Origin: Setoptus koraiensis
Taxonomy: Eukaryota; Animalia; Arthropoda
Direction: 5' to 3'
Assembly (NCBI GenBank): GCA_048013815.1
Contig: CM106586.1
Span: 17,794,001 to 17,858,000 of the forward strand
DNA: 64,000 nucleotides
A program made the translations under genes and the position numbers. Numbering within the stretch: position 1 is the stretch's first letter; every line of letters starts with the position of its first letter. The notes below the pieces were generated by a model. That model worked only from the letters and a program-made list of their open reading frames with translations, was not told the DNA's origin and made no database searches. Shown here one piece after another: positions 25,586-36,799 of the stretch.

Positions 25586-28500
25586 GTTCCACCGGGTCAC
25601 ATGGTGCACCAAATTGTGGACGAACATGGAACCCTCAAGCATATCATACTATCTATAGATGAAACAACAAATCCAGAGGGCTCAATTCAACCAACACCGT
25701 CGTTGTCACAATTGGGCCTGACCGCTTCGAATTTTCCTAGCGCGGGACCAACCGGCCCTCACGATAGCCATAACAGGCACCAATCTCAGCATTCGCATCA
25801 TCATCACCATCAACATCATCATCATCATCATGAACATCAACAACAGAATCAGCATCATTTACAGCAGCACCATCATAAAAATGATCCAGCTGCCACAGAG
25901 GAGACAGGCGTAAATCTAAATGAGGATGCCGTCACTAAAAATAACAATGTTGATCAGCAGCATAGTGCAATCGATGATCAAGCAACAAAAGAGCCGGTCA
26001 AACATGTTACTAAGACGCCTGCCTGCATGGACACTAATTCATTGTTAGGCAATGACGACAATGCCATAGGATCAAATCCAAGTTTTGTAGCCAGTTATGA
26101 TGGTTGTGCCTTGGGTACTAATAATGATGCAACTAAAGCTACACCACCACCAACGATAACAATGACAGAAAATGTGAGTTCAGCCTTTAATAGTTCAACA
26201 AAAACAATTAACCCTAATAGTAATCATCAAGATTATGACAACAAGCCAAATAAATCGGATATAGGATCAAAAGAACCTCATAATAATATTGTTAAAGAAA
26301 ATGTTAAGGCGCATGATTTTGTTAAAGCCAATATCAACGAAGATGATATCAAAGAAATATCAGTGACTACAACTGTCACCGATCCACCCTCTGACACTCC
26401 ACTGGACAATTGTATTACTATGGATACAATTGTCACAGACAACTCACCAAACGGTGCCGATCAAACGATTGACGCCAGTAAGAAGGAAACAGAGGGAAAG
26501 GATAACAGCATAGACGATAGAACTATAGAAGATAAGAAACATTCCATTGGTGAAAAATCCAATAAGCCTTTTAGTAGTTGTAGAACGACATTGCCCAAAG
26601 AAAACAAAGATAAGCAATTAAAACCAGATGACAAATTAATTTGTTCTAACGATAGTGCAAATGAAATCAAAGATAATGCTGATAATGGCAAGGATAATAT
26701 TTATAGTGATAATAAAGAAAATGAAGTAATATGCCCTGAAGAGGCTAAAACATTGACGAATGAAAAATCAACGAAAAAGGAAGATATTAAAACTGCTGCT
26801 GATCCATCGATAGAAACGACAACATCAAATACAACTATTATGACAACCGCCCCTACTTCCACTTCAACCACAACCTGCGCCACAACTGTTACCTCGGCGA
26901 ATGCTACACCCAACAACCAAATATCCGCTACCAACTCATACAGTGTAGCCAGTGAAGATTATCAAGCCGATGCTATTATGAATAATGATATCTTGGGACC
27001 ACCTACGGATTCTTTAATGGGAACACCATCATTTTCGACTGTTTTAACTGTACCTATAACATCACATCACTCTGTTCCACCTTCCTATGGTACATACGCA
27101 CAGTGTTGCTGTTGCTGTTACCTTACACAGCCTGGAGGTGTGACAGGAGTAGCCATGGGTCCGGCCCCACTGAATCATTCAAGTACCAGCCCTGGTTCGC
27201 TGAGAGTGCCATCGACTTGCTTAGGCGGAGTTGGAGGTATAGCCCCATCAACAACAGGTCCAACATCCAATGGAATAATCGCTTTTCCAACTGGACCGAT
27301 AACTGGACCTGGTCCTCCGCCACCGCTATTGGCCCCTAATGGTTTACCGACTATCCAATCCCAAAAATCGAATAATTCTATGCATCACCAACATGTTACG
27401 ATGCATCACCATCAAGCACAATTACCTGTCGGAGGTACTAATAATACTTCGAATATAATTACATCGACATCAACGACAAGTAGATCCCGAGGTAAGGGTG
27501 CTAACATTAAACAACAGCCCCAACGCAATTCATCAAATAACAATAGTAATAGCAATACGCAGCAACCCCAACGCAATTCAACGATCAACAGCAATAATAG
27601 CAACACGCAACAGAGTCATAATAATCATCATCATTCGCATATCCACAATAATAGTCAACTCTCGCATCATAACACAACTGATCATATTAGTGAAAAACAA
27701 CAAACGAATAGCTATAGCAGTGGATATATCAATAACAATAATGGTAATGTTGGTTCATCTTCATCCAAACGCCCGTCATATCAGCATGGTTCGAATGGTG
27801 GGGTCAATGCCAACAATCATAGTTTGAATATTCACAACCAAAACATACCCTACCATAACACAAGCATGAGTTGTATGAATAATAATGTTCTAAGTTCATC
27901 AAATTATAACTCGCAACACAACCAAAAGCAACATAACCTTAATCAATTGCAACACCAGCAACCAGTATCCTCTACGGGATTCTCGAAATCACACCAGCAA
28001 GTATCTCAGCGTTCCTCTAATGTTAAAAATGTTGTCAGTAATATGAATTCCAATAATTTGATGATTGCTTCAGCTCATCATCGAATGACAACATCGGCAT
28101 CACCAACACATTCCAAAGGTTCATCACATAGCAACCATCATGCTCAAGGTCATATCAATAATTATGACAGATTGGCAGTCAGCGGCGATACAAATTCTTA
28201 CCATCACCACAACCACCACCATTCTAGCAATATAATCCAGCAACAACTGGCACCGAATCAAGTTAGTCTTGACACCACCTCTCACGGTAATAATCACTAT
28301 CATCATATGGCGGAACATCAATTGACAACAGGATTCGTCAATGACGATGGACAGCAGAATGTGCAAACAGGAGGAGGAAAAACTCCTCATGTTAATCCAT
28401 CTTCCTCTTATAAATTATCATATAAGCATGATCTTTATCAAAATAGACAATCGGTTACTAATGGTAATCAGTCGGGGAATAACAATAGCAAATCTTTTCA

Positions 28501-31500
28501 CAATGTGCACAACCCCCAAGGTGTTATCATTTTCAACAATCATGTTCACCCGGGTAATAACAAATCTGCATCATATCATAATCATGACAATCACCAAGCC
28601 AGCGATTATAGTCACGGCCATTCTAGTAATGGAAATACCGATCAAATTGTTGCAATAATGGGTCATGGAAATTCTGGTAAACAACATCATTTGTCCGCAA
28701 CGAGGCAATCGTTTGAACCTCACTACGGTAGCTCTGACCCAAATCAGAACCATTTATCATCGTCATCATGGCATCACGGTCATGGTGTTAGGCCCCATAA
28801 TCAACAATCTAATCACAGCACCAGGCTTATGAATAATCCAAAACAGTCACTAACTAGTGAATCGATTGGACTAATTCAGAACCAAGATGGTAACGTTCAA
28901 GTAACTCATCATCACCCCTACAGTAATAATAGTTGCTATCGTGAAATCAAAAACAAGGAGTGCCATACAGTTGGACTAGCTAACAGTAATAGCAATCAAC
29001 TATCATCTGCTGCTAGCAATAGTTCATTCTCTTCCTCCACTAGTAGCCGACATAACTATCATTCTGGTTACAATCCAACTACCTCATCAGGTGTAATTCA
29101 GTTGATCGACCATGAGCAAGACTTTCAAGCTCAAAACAAGATCGCGAAAAATTCTATCTATCATCAGAATAACATTCGAAATAACGGTATTATTATCGCA
29201 AATGCCCAAACAAATCTGTCAACCAATGGGAGGAACCAACAATTAGCTATAGCTACAAAAACTCGTAATCAGATAGCATCTTCCACATTGACTGGTTCTA
29301 TATCAATTAAACAAAGGCCCCAATCAGCTGGCAGTAAAAGTGTTACCAATTCTGTAAGCAACAATTATCAGCAAGTAGGCCAACGACAGCAAGTTCCTTC
29401 GGCGGCAGTTACTAAATCGAGATCTGTCATACAATCTAGCGGAGTTAACGTGACAATATTTAATAATAAGTCATCCAAAAATCAACAACGAATTCAAACT
29501 CTAACCACAACGGACGTAAAAAGTTTGAGGCCTAGTGACGATTGCAGGGATTTGAAGGGAAATGAGTCTCTTGAGAGAAACAAATCATCTAATTCTAAAT
29601 CAGCTAATGATTCAGTGGCCAAAAAGCCAGACAAATACTACAGTGGTGCCGACATGGTTCAAGGTGATGATCACGATGATCACGATGATCGCGACTATCA
29701 TGATGAACAAAAATTTGATCAACAACAACAAACTGACACGTTATTGTCACGGAGTCAGTCTTCATCTAGTGTTCGAATTTCGAAACCATTCCATCAAGAC
29801 GAGTCAAGTGAAGAGAATAAAGATGATGAAAGCCACACTGGTCGTAAATCTCCAGTCGAAATAGCCAAAGCGTCGCCTAAAAAGAATTCTATCCCCAACG
29901 CTACATCTTTAGGGCAGGCCCCAAATCGAAATCCAAAGAAGCAAATAGTCAAAGATAAGGCAACCTCACCCGGAAACATTAGACAAACGAACGTTCCAGA
30001 GAGGAAATCATGCGCTACGTCAACGGATGATCATAGTACTAGTAACAGAACGAAACAATTGACCACTGTAACTAACTATACCCAGACAAATTCGCAAATT
30101 GATGATCAGACTAGCGTTTCGCACTACGACCATGATCAAGTTAATTTATCATCTGAATCATCTCCAAGTACAAACTCCACTGGTGATTCGTTTTGTAAAC
30201 AAAATCGTGCCAGTAAACGAGCTTGTGCACGTAATCAGCAAAATTCATCTTCGAGCTCAAAAAATGTGCCGGCACATAACGCCTCTACTGATGATGAGGA
30301 TCTTCAATTAATTGTAACGATTGATAAAGATGTGAAATCCGGAAGTATGATATCGTTGGAGATGGCCAAAATGGAGTCGAAGATCAGCGATGAGGATTCT
30401 TGCCTCGATGATAACAATGGAGAGTATTTGCGGTCTAACGCGAAGAGCAAACCCGGCAACAAAATTGTCCGCTCACCAACTAAGAATAGTAAGGCATTGG
30501 GTGACAATGATTTCTCACCGGACCTAGATAATACAACCTCCAGTAGTGCTCAAGAGCAGTTCAGCGACGATCAAGGTGCCGATTCTGATGACAATTATTG
30601 TACGCCAAACAAGATGCCAATCCAACAACAGATCGCCGATAAAGATCTTTCAACTAGCAAACTTTCCAAAGATAAGATTGTTAATGCTGACAATCGCAAA
30701 GTCATATCATTTGATGGTTATTCGAATATCGCCAGTAATAATCAGAGTTCCAACAACAACCAAGAGGCCAAAGATCAGATTGATAAGAATGTCAAGAGTC
30801 TGAAGAAGACGATGTCCCCCAAGAAACATTTGAACAATGCTTCTATGGACCAATTATCAAACAAGATGCAAATCAAACAGACTAGTCCAACATCGAAATC
30901 ATCAACCCCCGATAGATCCGCCTCTGTGAGATTGAACACCTTTGTTGGGGCTGAAGACTCATCAACCAGCCTGAGTGACGCAAACATGTCAGACGCTACC
31001 TCGGATTTGATGGATGATCAGAAACTGAGTCTAGTTGACGAGGATCAATTAGAAGCAAGGTTGTTGGCGGGATCGTTTGATTCCATCGCAAGAAATTCTA
31101 ACAAGAGCAACCAAGAGACACAAAGATCAAGCCAACAACATTCTAGAAAAAGTAATCCTCCTCCTAATCGCGTGGCCACAAAATCACTGACACAATTGAA
31201 GATATTGAACTTACATTGTACCTCAATAACGTCAACTAGCGTACAATTGCGTTGGTCATATCTGCCTATCGCCGACCGTTTTGGGTGCGTCAACACTCAA
31301 AGTAAATTATTCTCAGAGCATTTTGTTGTCGAGATGGGAACAAGAAAGACAAGTGATGGCCAATCTATAGCATCTTCAAAAGTTATATACCAAGGGAATG
31401 GTACGACTTTCAAAGCTTCACATTTGAATGCTCAGAATCTATATCATTTCCGAGTCAGACGCTCCACAACATTAAGCATTCCTACAGATACCAATCTGGA

Positions 31501-32038
31501 GTCTATTTTTTCGCTGAACACCATCGAAGGCACTAATTGCAACAATAACTTAGTTCAAATTAAAAATAGCTCCAACAAGTCAGAGAATACAAAGCAGCAA
31601 ACTTTTAAAGAATGTTTAGTGGTGAGTGAAATTATGAGTGTCACCTTACCTAGTCATCATCATAATAATTCAAAACAACGTGGCAATAAATCAGCAATAG
31701 CAAACAATTATTGTGATAGCCAGAGTATGGGCGATAATCAAGCCGAGTGTTATAATGGACAGTTGGGCTCGTCGTCCTCCTTGTCATTGTCTACTGGAGT
31801 TACATCTGGTGTGGGCAGCTGTGGAAAAAGTTCCTCTAGTCAACGTAGTTCAAGGAATAAATCCTCTTTTGGCTTAATATACTATGTAAGAAATGCATTC
31901 TTGGTAGCTGGGAGAACGGTCAAAGGATCCCTCACTAATTACAGCGATAGAAAGGCTGCTGTGTTAATATGTATCTTGTTTATATTATCAGCAATGTTAC
32001 TAGCAATATTTCTTCAGCACCTATTATTGACCGCGTGA
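25586..32038 (+). CDS. FNDC3: FNDC3/miles-to-go-like protein, 6.45-kb terminal exon (spliced product ~2209 aa): long disordered region, one FN3 domain, C-terminal membrane anchor
   Basis: Acceptor ccctcag at 25585, then VPPGHMVHQIVDEHGTLKHIILS. FN3 at ~31190-31465 (ITSTSVQLRW...FVVEM...VIYQG...HLNAQNLYHFRVR). Tail anchor SDRKAAVLICILFILSAMLLAIFLQ resembles the FNDC3 tail anchor. Confidence 0.88.
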   Translation, partial: VPPGHMVHQIVDEHGTLKHIILSIDETTNPEGSIQPTPSLSQLGLTASNFPSAGPTGPHDSHNRHQSQHSHHHHHQHHHHHHEHQQQNQHHLQQHHHKNDPAATEETGVNLNEDAVTKNNNVDQQHSAIDDQATKEPVKHVTKTPACMDTNSLLGNDDNAIGSNPSFVASYDGCALGTNNDATKATPPPTITMTENVSSAFNSSTKTINPNSNHQDYDNKPNKSDIGSKEPHNNIVKENVKAHDFVKANINEDDIKEISVTTTVTDPPSDTPLDNCITMDTIVTDNSPNGADQTIDASKKETEGKDNSIDDRTIEDKKHSIGEKSNKPFSSCRTTLPKENKDKQLKPDDKLICSNDSANEIKDNADNGKDNIYSDNKENEVICPEEAKTLTNEKSTKKEDIKTAADPSIETTTSNTTIMTTAPTSTSTTTCATTVTSANATPNNQISATNSYSVASEDYQADAIMNNDILGPPTDSLMGTPSFSTVLTVPITSHHSVPPSYGTYAQCCCCCYLTQPGGVTGVAMGPAPLNHSSTSPGSLRVPSTCLGGVGGIAPSTTGPTSNGIIAFPTGPITGPGPPPPLLAPNGLPTIQSQKSNNSMHHQHVTMHHHQAQLPVGGTNNTSNIITSTSTTSRSRGKGANIKQQPQRNSSNNNSNSNTQQPQRNSTINSNNSNTQQSHNNHHHSHIHNNSQLSHHNTTDHISEKQQTNSYSSGYINNNNGNVGSSSSKRPSYQHGSNGGVNANNHSLNIHNQNIPYHNTSMSCMNNNVLSSSNYNSQHNQKQHNLNQLQHQQPVSSTGFSKSHQQVSQRSSNVKNVVSNMNSNNLMIASAHHRMTTSASPTHSKGSSHSNHHAQGHINNYDRLAVSGDTNSYHHHNHHHSSNIIQQQLAPNQVSLDTTSHGNNHYHHMAEHQLTTGFVNDDGQQNVQTGGGKTPHVNPSSSYKLSYKHDLYQNRQSVTNGNQSGNNNSKSFHNVHNPQGVIIFNNHVHPGNNKSASYHNHDNHQASDYSHGHSSNGNTDQIVAIMGHGNSGKQHHLSATRQSFEPHYGSSDPNQNHLSSSSWHHGHGVRPHNQQSNHSTRLMNNPKQSLTSESIGLIQNQDGNVQVTHHHPYSNNSCYREIKNKECHTVGLANSNSNQLSSAASNSSFSSSTSSRHNYHSGYNPTTSSGVIQLIDHEQDFQAQNKIAKNSIYHQNNIRNNGIIIANAQTNLSTNGRNQQLAIATKTRNQIASSTLTGSISIKQRPQSAGSKSVTNSVSNNYQQVGQRQQVPSAAVTKSRSVIQSSGVNVTIFNNKSSKNQQRIQTLTTTDVKSLRPSDDCRDLKGNESLERNKSSNSKSANDSVAKKPDKYYSGADMVQGDDHDDHDDRDYHDEQKFDQQQQTDTLLSRSQSSSSVRISKPFHQDESSEENKDDESHTGRKSPVEIAKASPKKNSIPNATSLGQAPNRNPKKQIVKDKATSPGNIRQTNVPERKSCATSTDDHSTSNRTKQLTTVTNYTQTNSQIDDQTSVSHYDHDQVNLSSESSPSTNSTGDSFCKQNRASKRACARNQQNSSSSSKNVPAHNASTDDEDLQLIVTIDKDVKSGSMISLEMAKMESKISDEDSCLDDNNGEYLRSNAKSKPGNKIVRSPTKNSKALGDNDFSPDLDNTTSSSAQEQFSDDQGADSDDNYCTPNKMPIQQQIADKDLSTSKLSKDKIVNADNRKVISFDGYSNIASNNQSSNNNQEAKDQIDKNVKSLKKTMSPKKHLNNASMDQLSNKMQIKQTSPTSKSSTPDRSASVRLNTFVGAEDSSTSLSDANMSDATSDLMDDQKLSLVDEDQLEARLLAGSFDSIARNSNKSNQETQRSSQQHSRKSNPPPNRVATKSLTQLKILNLHCTSITSTSVQLRWSYLPIADRFGCVNTQSKLFSEHFVVEMGTRKTSDGQSIASSKVIYQGNGTTFKASHLNAQNLYHFRVRRSTTLSIPTDTNLESIFSLNTIEGTNCNNNLVQIKNSSNKSENTKQQTFKECLVVSEIMSVTLPSHHHNNSKQRGNKSAIANNYCDSQSMGDNQAECYNGQLGSSSSLSLSTGVTSGVGSCGKSSSSQRSSRNKSSFGLIYYVRNAFLVAGRTVKGSLTNYSDRKAAVLICILFILSAMLLAIFLQHLLLTA

Positions 32039-33406
32039 TTTTGATCATTTGATGCAACCTCAAGATATATAGAATCTCAAGATTATCCCTAGCAAAAAAA
32101 AAAACAAAGAAAGGTCGAACGAATTACCAACAGGTGTGTCATGTTGCCTTCAAGCAAGACCAAGAATTTTCCGATACAAGTACACGTTGTTTAGAATGAT
32201 CAATATTACATCATTATTATAATACAGATATTATTACTATTAGCCATTCAAAGGACCTTTATTTATGAAAATTGCTATTGTTGTTTGTTATAAGATAAGT
32301 TTAGTTGAGAAAAAAATGGATAAGAATAAGGATGCCCCCTGTCAATGATAACATCATAAGCCTCTAGGCGCGTTCAGATAATCAACCTAAGGCGATGCAA
32401 CTGATCAAATGAATGTGATCTACTGACCCCAAGTCTATTGTGGGTCATTGGAGGCATCACGAAACATTGACATAATTATTAAGATAATATCGTGTAAATA
32501 GCGCTTGATAAAATTTAAGATAAAAAACGTTCCGTGACTTTATAGTATAGCTACTTTATTATAAGTAAGTTTATATATATGTTAATGTAGAAGATTTTAG
32601 ACGCGCTCTTAGAGTGCAAACAATAGAAAATAATTGTTTCGGGACAGATATAGAACAAATAAGTGCTAGAAACAGTAATAATGGAAACACGCACACTAAA
32701 TAAAGATACACATTATGAAGGTAGAGATGGTATCTTTACTTGTGAAACATTGAATCAAATAGATAAAATGAAAGAGACGACTTGATAAGAAATAAAAACA
32801 CCAAATTGTCATGAAAATATAAAAATCGTGTAAGCGCGACGTTTATCCTTGATTTCAATTGTTTCTGTACTGATCATTTAATTATCTCAAGCCACTGAAG
32901 CGTCCAAGTGTCATGTTGTTGTCTCGGATTTTCTTTCCCGACAAGAATGAATAGTTTCTGATCAGAGAGGAAACAGACTCTAGTAAGTCCACTATAAGAA
33001 AATGGTGAAAATGCTGTTAACTGGACTATCTCAATGTTGTTCTAAATGAGCCGTTGTGGCACTAGTACATGACATTGAGATAGTCCAGTCAACAACATTT
33101 TCCTTGTGGCTAGTTGCGATTGCGCACTCTGGTGACTTATCGGGTGGTCATTTAGTTTCGTATAATTCTCTCTGGGGGCTCTTCCATTCGATTTTTTGTT
33201 GCATCGGACCTAGAGGGTCTATAGATATTCGTATAGCTTAACTAACTTGACGAAGGTCGATAAAAGTTGATTAGCTTTAGTGATCAGTTTTTGAAAGTAA
33301 CTATCCCTGACTGTACTTGATTCAGGCAAAAGTTTAATTGATTTCTATTAGTTGTGATTCATATTCGGTCGCTCGACACTGTCAAGTTGAAGATACACTA
33401 TCCAAT

Positions 33407-36400
33407 ATGATGCCACATAATTCAAGTTTAGTGCATAAATTGACAAGATTATTATTTAACGTGATATTATCATTGTTAGTTGGCACAAGTTTATCGCAAG
33501 CGAGCAACTTTTCAGAAACCAACTCATCTGCATTGCCCTATTTATTACTAGTGGCAGACAGCAATTTCAACAATGGTACCTCACTTAGGCCACCACTATC
33601 AGCACAAACAACAACAGCAGTGGCACCACCACTACCACTACCACAACCAGTAACAACAGTTTCACCATCAGCACTAGCCACTGTAAGGGCACATGAAACA
33701 TTTATCAATGTCACAACTCGCAACAATGTAACCGCAAATTCGAGCTCACTTGCCGTTCACAACGCTAATAATAATCAAAGACTTCCAACTGGTGGCGCAA
33801 CGGAGGCCCAAACATCGAGGCCTTCGCTTCCTAAAAAGGCCAACAGAGCCAAAATGAAGAATCATCAGAGTGCCAATCAAACAGTGAGCACAATGAATTT
33901 CAGGCAAAAGCAAATTGCCAGCAACTCAACATCGCCAAAGATGAAGCTTGTGCAAGCAAGCTCGAAGAATGCACCTCAGCTGCCCATCAGCAATGAGGAT
34001 ATCAACAATAATAATGCAACCTCGAGGGCATCAAGCACCAATGTTGCGGCCGACAAACTATCAACAGCGACTCATTTAGCGCCGGATATCGGCGGCTTAA
34101 TCTTGGACCGGCCAAAAACCAATGCAACAACAGCAGCAGCGCCAACAACAGTACCGTACCAAGTGAATACTGCTGATAAAAACAAGAAAGCCTCCTTGAC
34201 GCTGGCCTCAATAGAGTCGGCCAAGGCCAGAGCCAACGGGAATCACGGTCACGCGGCCCACACTGAACCTGAAATGAACCGGTTTGTTGTCACCACAGCA
34301 CCAGCACCACATTCTGGCCATTCGGCCGGACACTCGGGCCATTTGGCCGGACATTCGGGCCACTCGTCTTCGACTGAGCACAGTGGCGCTGCCAGCAAGC
34401 ATGCCACTATGCAACCCATGCAACATTATCAAGTAAAACATTTGCTAAACGTTACCCTAGATTATCCTTTAGCGGACTCTGACCTAATTTACGGTTATGT
34501 AATACCATTTATGACGGTTGTGACAGTAATAACAAACACGCTCATAGTGATAGTGTTGTCTAGGCCCGACATGCGAACTCCCACCAACATTGTGGTGATG
34601 GCCATTGCAATAACTGATGTTATTATAATGGTTATACCCGCTCCATGGTATGTGTATTTGTTTGCCATGGGCAACAAGGATGAGATATTGTATCCGCCAT
34701 TAGTGTGTTACGCCTATCAACATTCAACACGAAGCGTGTCGGAGGTGTTTTATTTTTTGTCCACCTGGTTAAATTTGTTGTTAGCTGTGCAAGATTATCT
34801 GTCGTTGTGTTGGCCGAAATTGGCAAAAAAATATTGTCAATTAAGATCGGTCATTGTACAAACAATATTATTGACACTGGTGGCCATAATGTTGAATTTG
34901 CCCCAAATGTTGAAACAATTATACAAGCCGGTGTCATTTTGGTATAATGGTCAACTGAAGCACGGCTGTCGTGCCGTTCAAGCTAAATGGTTTAAGAATC
35001 TAATTGGCCACAATGCAGCTTTATACGATGATATATTTACGGCATTCATAGTGCTGCTAGTGGACGGTGGCTCCTCTATAGCACTGATTGTGATAACCTG
35101 GCTACTGATTAGGCATTTATATCAGCAGAAACGCGAGGGTCATCGTCTGATGGAGCGCGCCAGAACCGCAAGCAGTCGACGTAGAGAGAAACAACGCCAA
35201 GAGGAATCGGAGGCCTCGGCCAAGGTTCTCATATTTGTGTTGGTGGCATTTCTAGCGGCCAAGATACCATTTACAACAATATATTCATTGTTGATTATAC
35301 AATCTCGTTGTAAGATAACTATTTTTGACAATTTAAACGACTTTCAAAAGCCCATCGCCTATACAGATCTGGTGTTTATATTGAGCTATCCGATTAATTT
35401 CACAATATTTTGTTGTTGCTCTAAGAAATTTCGTCACAAATGTTTGGAATTATTTACGCAATGCATGGAAAAAAAGAAGAGCTTTGTTGATTCGACTAAA
35501 CGATTTAGAAAGTCAATCACTAAAGTACATTGTTTGCCAGATCAAAATCACAATAATAATCGTAGCGACAGCGGAAACGGATCCGCAAGCAGCGGTAGCG
35601 GCGCCAACAATACCACAAACAATGGCCAAAATCACGTCAAATTAATCTGTGATCGCAAATTGCCGCCCGGTGTCAGTTTCAGTAGTAGCATACATGACGA
35701 TGCCGATGATCATTATTATAATGAACAATTGAATCAACAGGCAACACTGCCGCCGGACATGATGGATCCTCGTTTGGATTCATCATATGATGCCGTGTCA
35801 AAATTGAACAACAACAACAAATACAGTGTTACTTTTGACGGTGCGCCCCCTTCGCGCCACAAGCACGATGGCCACTTTCACAGTTTCAGCTTCAACTTGG
35901 GCAAGCTAGCTGGCCGCAGGGGCCGCTCTGTAGTTGAACACCAGCATGCCTATGACAACGGCAACAATGACAATGACCAATTGGATCATTTTGAATTATT
36001 CAAGAGCCTATATAAGAGCCAAGTGAAAATACAGGCCGCAAATGCGGCAACTCTCGCCGAAAAGAACAATAGAATTGATGCGGCAGCGGCAGCAGCAGCA
36101 GTGGCCAGCAGTCGGCCAATTATAACTACAACCAGCTATGACATTAGTCGGGGCAACTCGCCCAACGGCTCAACGGCCAGCAGAACACCTCACCTGAGCA
36201 ACAATAGAAACATTAGCAATAATTATAATACCAATAATATTGATACTATCGGTAATGGCAACAGTAATAACAGTATTAGTAATAACGACAACAACAACGT
36301 CAGCATAGGCTGCCCAGGTAGCATGGGCAGCCAATCATCTAATAGTTTGGCAACTAGAAATGGGGCCCTTATTGATACATACGACAACAACAATATTGAC

Positions 36401-36799
36401 ATTGATCGTCGTAACACTTACACTCACTTATATGACTATAACGCGACCGATAGCCCTACCTTGAGCGACCACTATGGCCAAACGAACAATCAGCCGCAGC
36501 CAATAGACTCGGTTAGTGCCAGTAGCAGATCCAATCTAGCAAATAGACCATCAACCACAGCGACCGCCAGCGACGGAGGTCTGACCGTGTCGTCATTGGC
36601 TGGCCGCCGCCGGGACAAGCAGTCACGCAAGGCATTTGCCAAGTCGGCGGGGGCCTCGCCCAGTATCAGCCATCAGCACCTTGAGTTGTCTAGCTCTAAA
36701 ATATCCTTGTTGCCCACTGCCACCGCTCTATTGGCCGACATAATGAAGGGCACCCTATTGGCGCCCAATTCGGAACTAGGCCCCGCTGGCCGCAAGTAG
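33407..36799 (+). CDS. SPR: Class A GPCR, sex peptide receptor / myoinhibitory peptide receptor-like, intronless, with long N- and C-termini
   Basis: YGYVIPF...TNTLIVIVLSRPDMRTPTN, D..I.VIPAPWYVYLF.MGN....YP...CYAY, STWLNLLLAVQDY, GCR...A.W, LSYPINFTIF...SKKFR: seven TM segments matching SPR-family motifs. First ATG is at 33407 (the track start is TTG), followed by a signal-like hydrophobic stretch. Confidence 0.85.
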   Translation: MMPHNSSLVHKLTRLLFNVILSLLVGTSLSQASNFSETNSSALPYLLLVADSNFNNGTSLRPPLSAQTTTAVAPPLPLPQPVTTVSPSALATVRAHETFINVTTRNNVTANSSSLAVHNANNNQRLPTGGATEAQTSRPSLPKKANRAKMKNHQSANQTVSTMNFRQKQIASNSTSPKMKLVQASSKNAPQLPISNEDINNNNATSRASSTNVAADKLSTATHLAPDIGGLILDRPKTNATTAAAPTTVPYQVNTADKNKKASLTLASIESAKARANGNHGHAAHTEPEMNRFVVTTAPAPHSGHSAGHSGHLAGHSGHSSSTEHSGAASKHATMQPMQHYQVKHLLNVTLDYPLADSDLIYGYVIPFMTVVTVITNTLIVIVLSRPDMRTPTNIVVMAIAITDVIIMVIPAPWYVYLFAMGNKDEILYPPLVCYAYQHSTRSVSEVFYFLSTWLNLLLAVQDYLSLCWPKLAKKYCQLRSVIVQTILLTLVAIMLNLPQMLKQLYKPVSFWYNGQLKHGCRAVQAKWFKNLIGHNAALYDDIFTAFIVLLVDGGSSIALIVITWLLIRHLYQQKREGHRLMERARTASSRRREKQRQEESEASAKVLIFVLVAFLAAKIPFTTIYSLLIIQSRCKITIFDNLNDFQKPIAYTDLVFILSYPINFTIFCCCSKKFRHKCLELFTQCMEKKKSFVDSTKRFRKSITKVHCLPDQNHNNNRSDSGNGSASSGSGANNTTNNGQNHVKLICDRKLPPGVSFSSSIHDDADDHYYNEQLNQQATLPPDMMDPRLDSSYDAVSKLNNNNKYSVTFDGAPPSRHKHDGHFHSFSFNLGKLAGRRGRSVVEHQHAYDNGNNDNDQLDHFELFKSLYKSQVKIQAANAATLAEKNNRIDAAAAAAAVASSRPIITTTSYDISRGNSPNGSTASRTPHLSNNRNISNNYNTNNIDTIGNGNSNNSISNNDNNNVSIGCPGSMGSQSSNSLATRNGALIDTYDNNNIDIDRRNTYTHLYDYNATDSPTLSDHYGQTNNQPQPIDSVSASSRSNLANRPSTTATASDGGLTVSSLAGRRRDKQSRKAFAKSAGASPSISHQHLELSSSKISLLPTATALLADIMKGTLLAPNSELGPAGRK

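Noticed and set aside
32331-32471. Nested inverted repeats (gatgcc...tcaatga / tcattg...ggcatc; tgaccc / gggtca), possible MITE or structured RNA
   Set aside because: Short, imperfect stems, no target-site duplication, no second copy and no snoRNA boxes in the proper positions.
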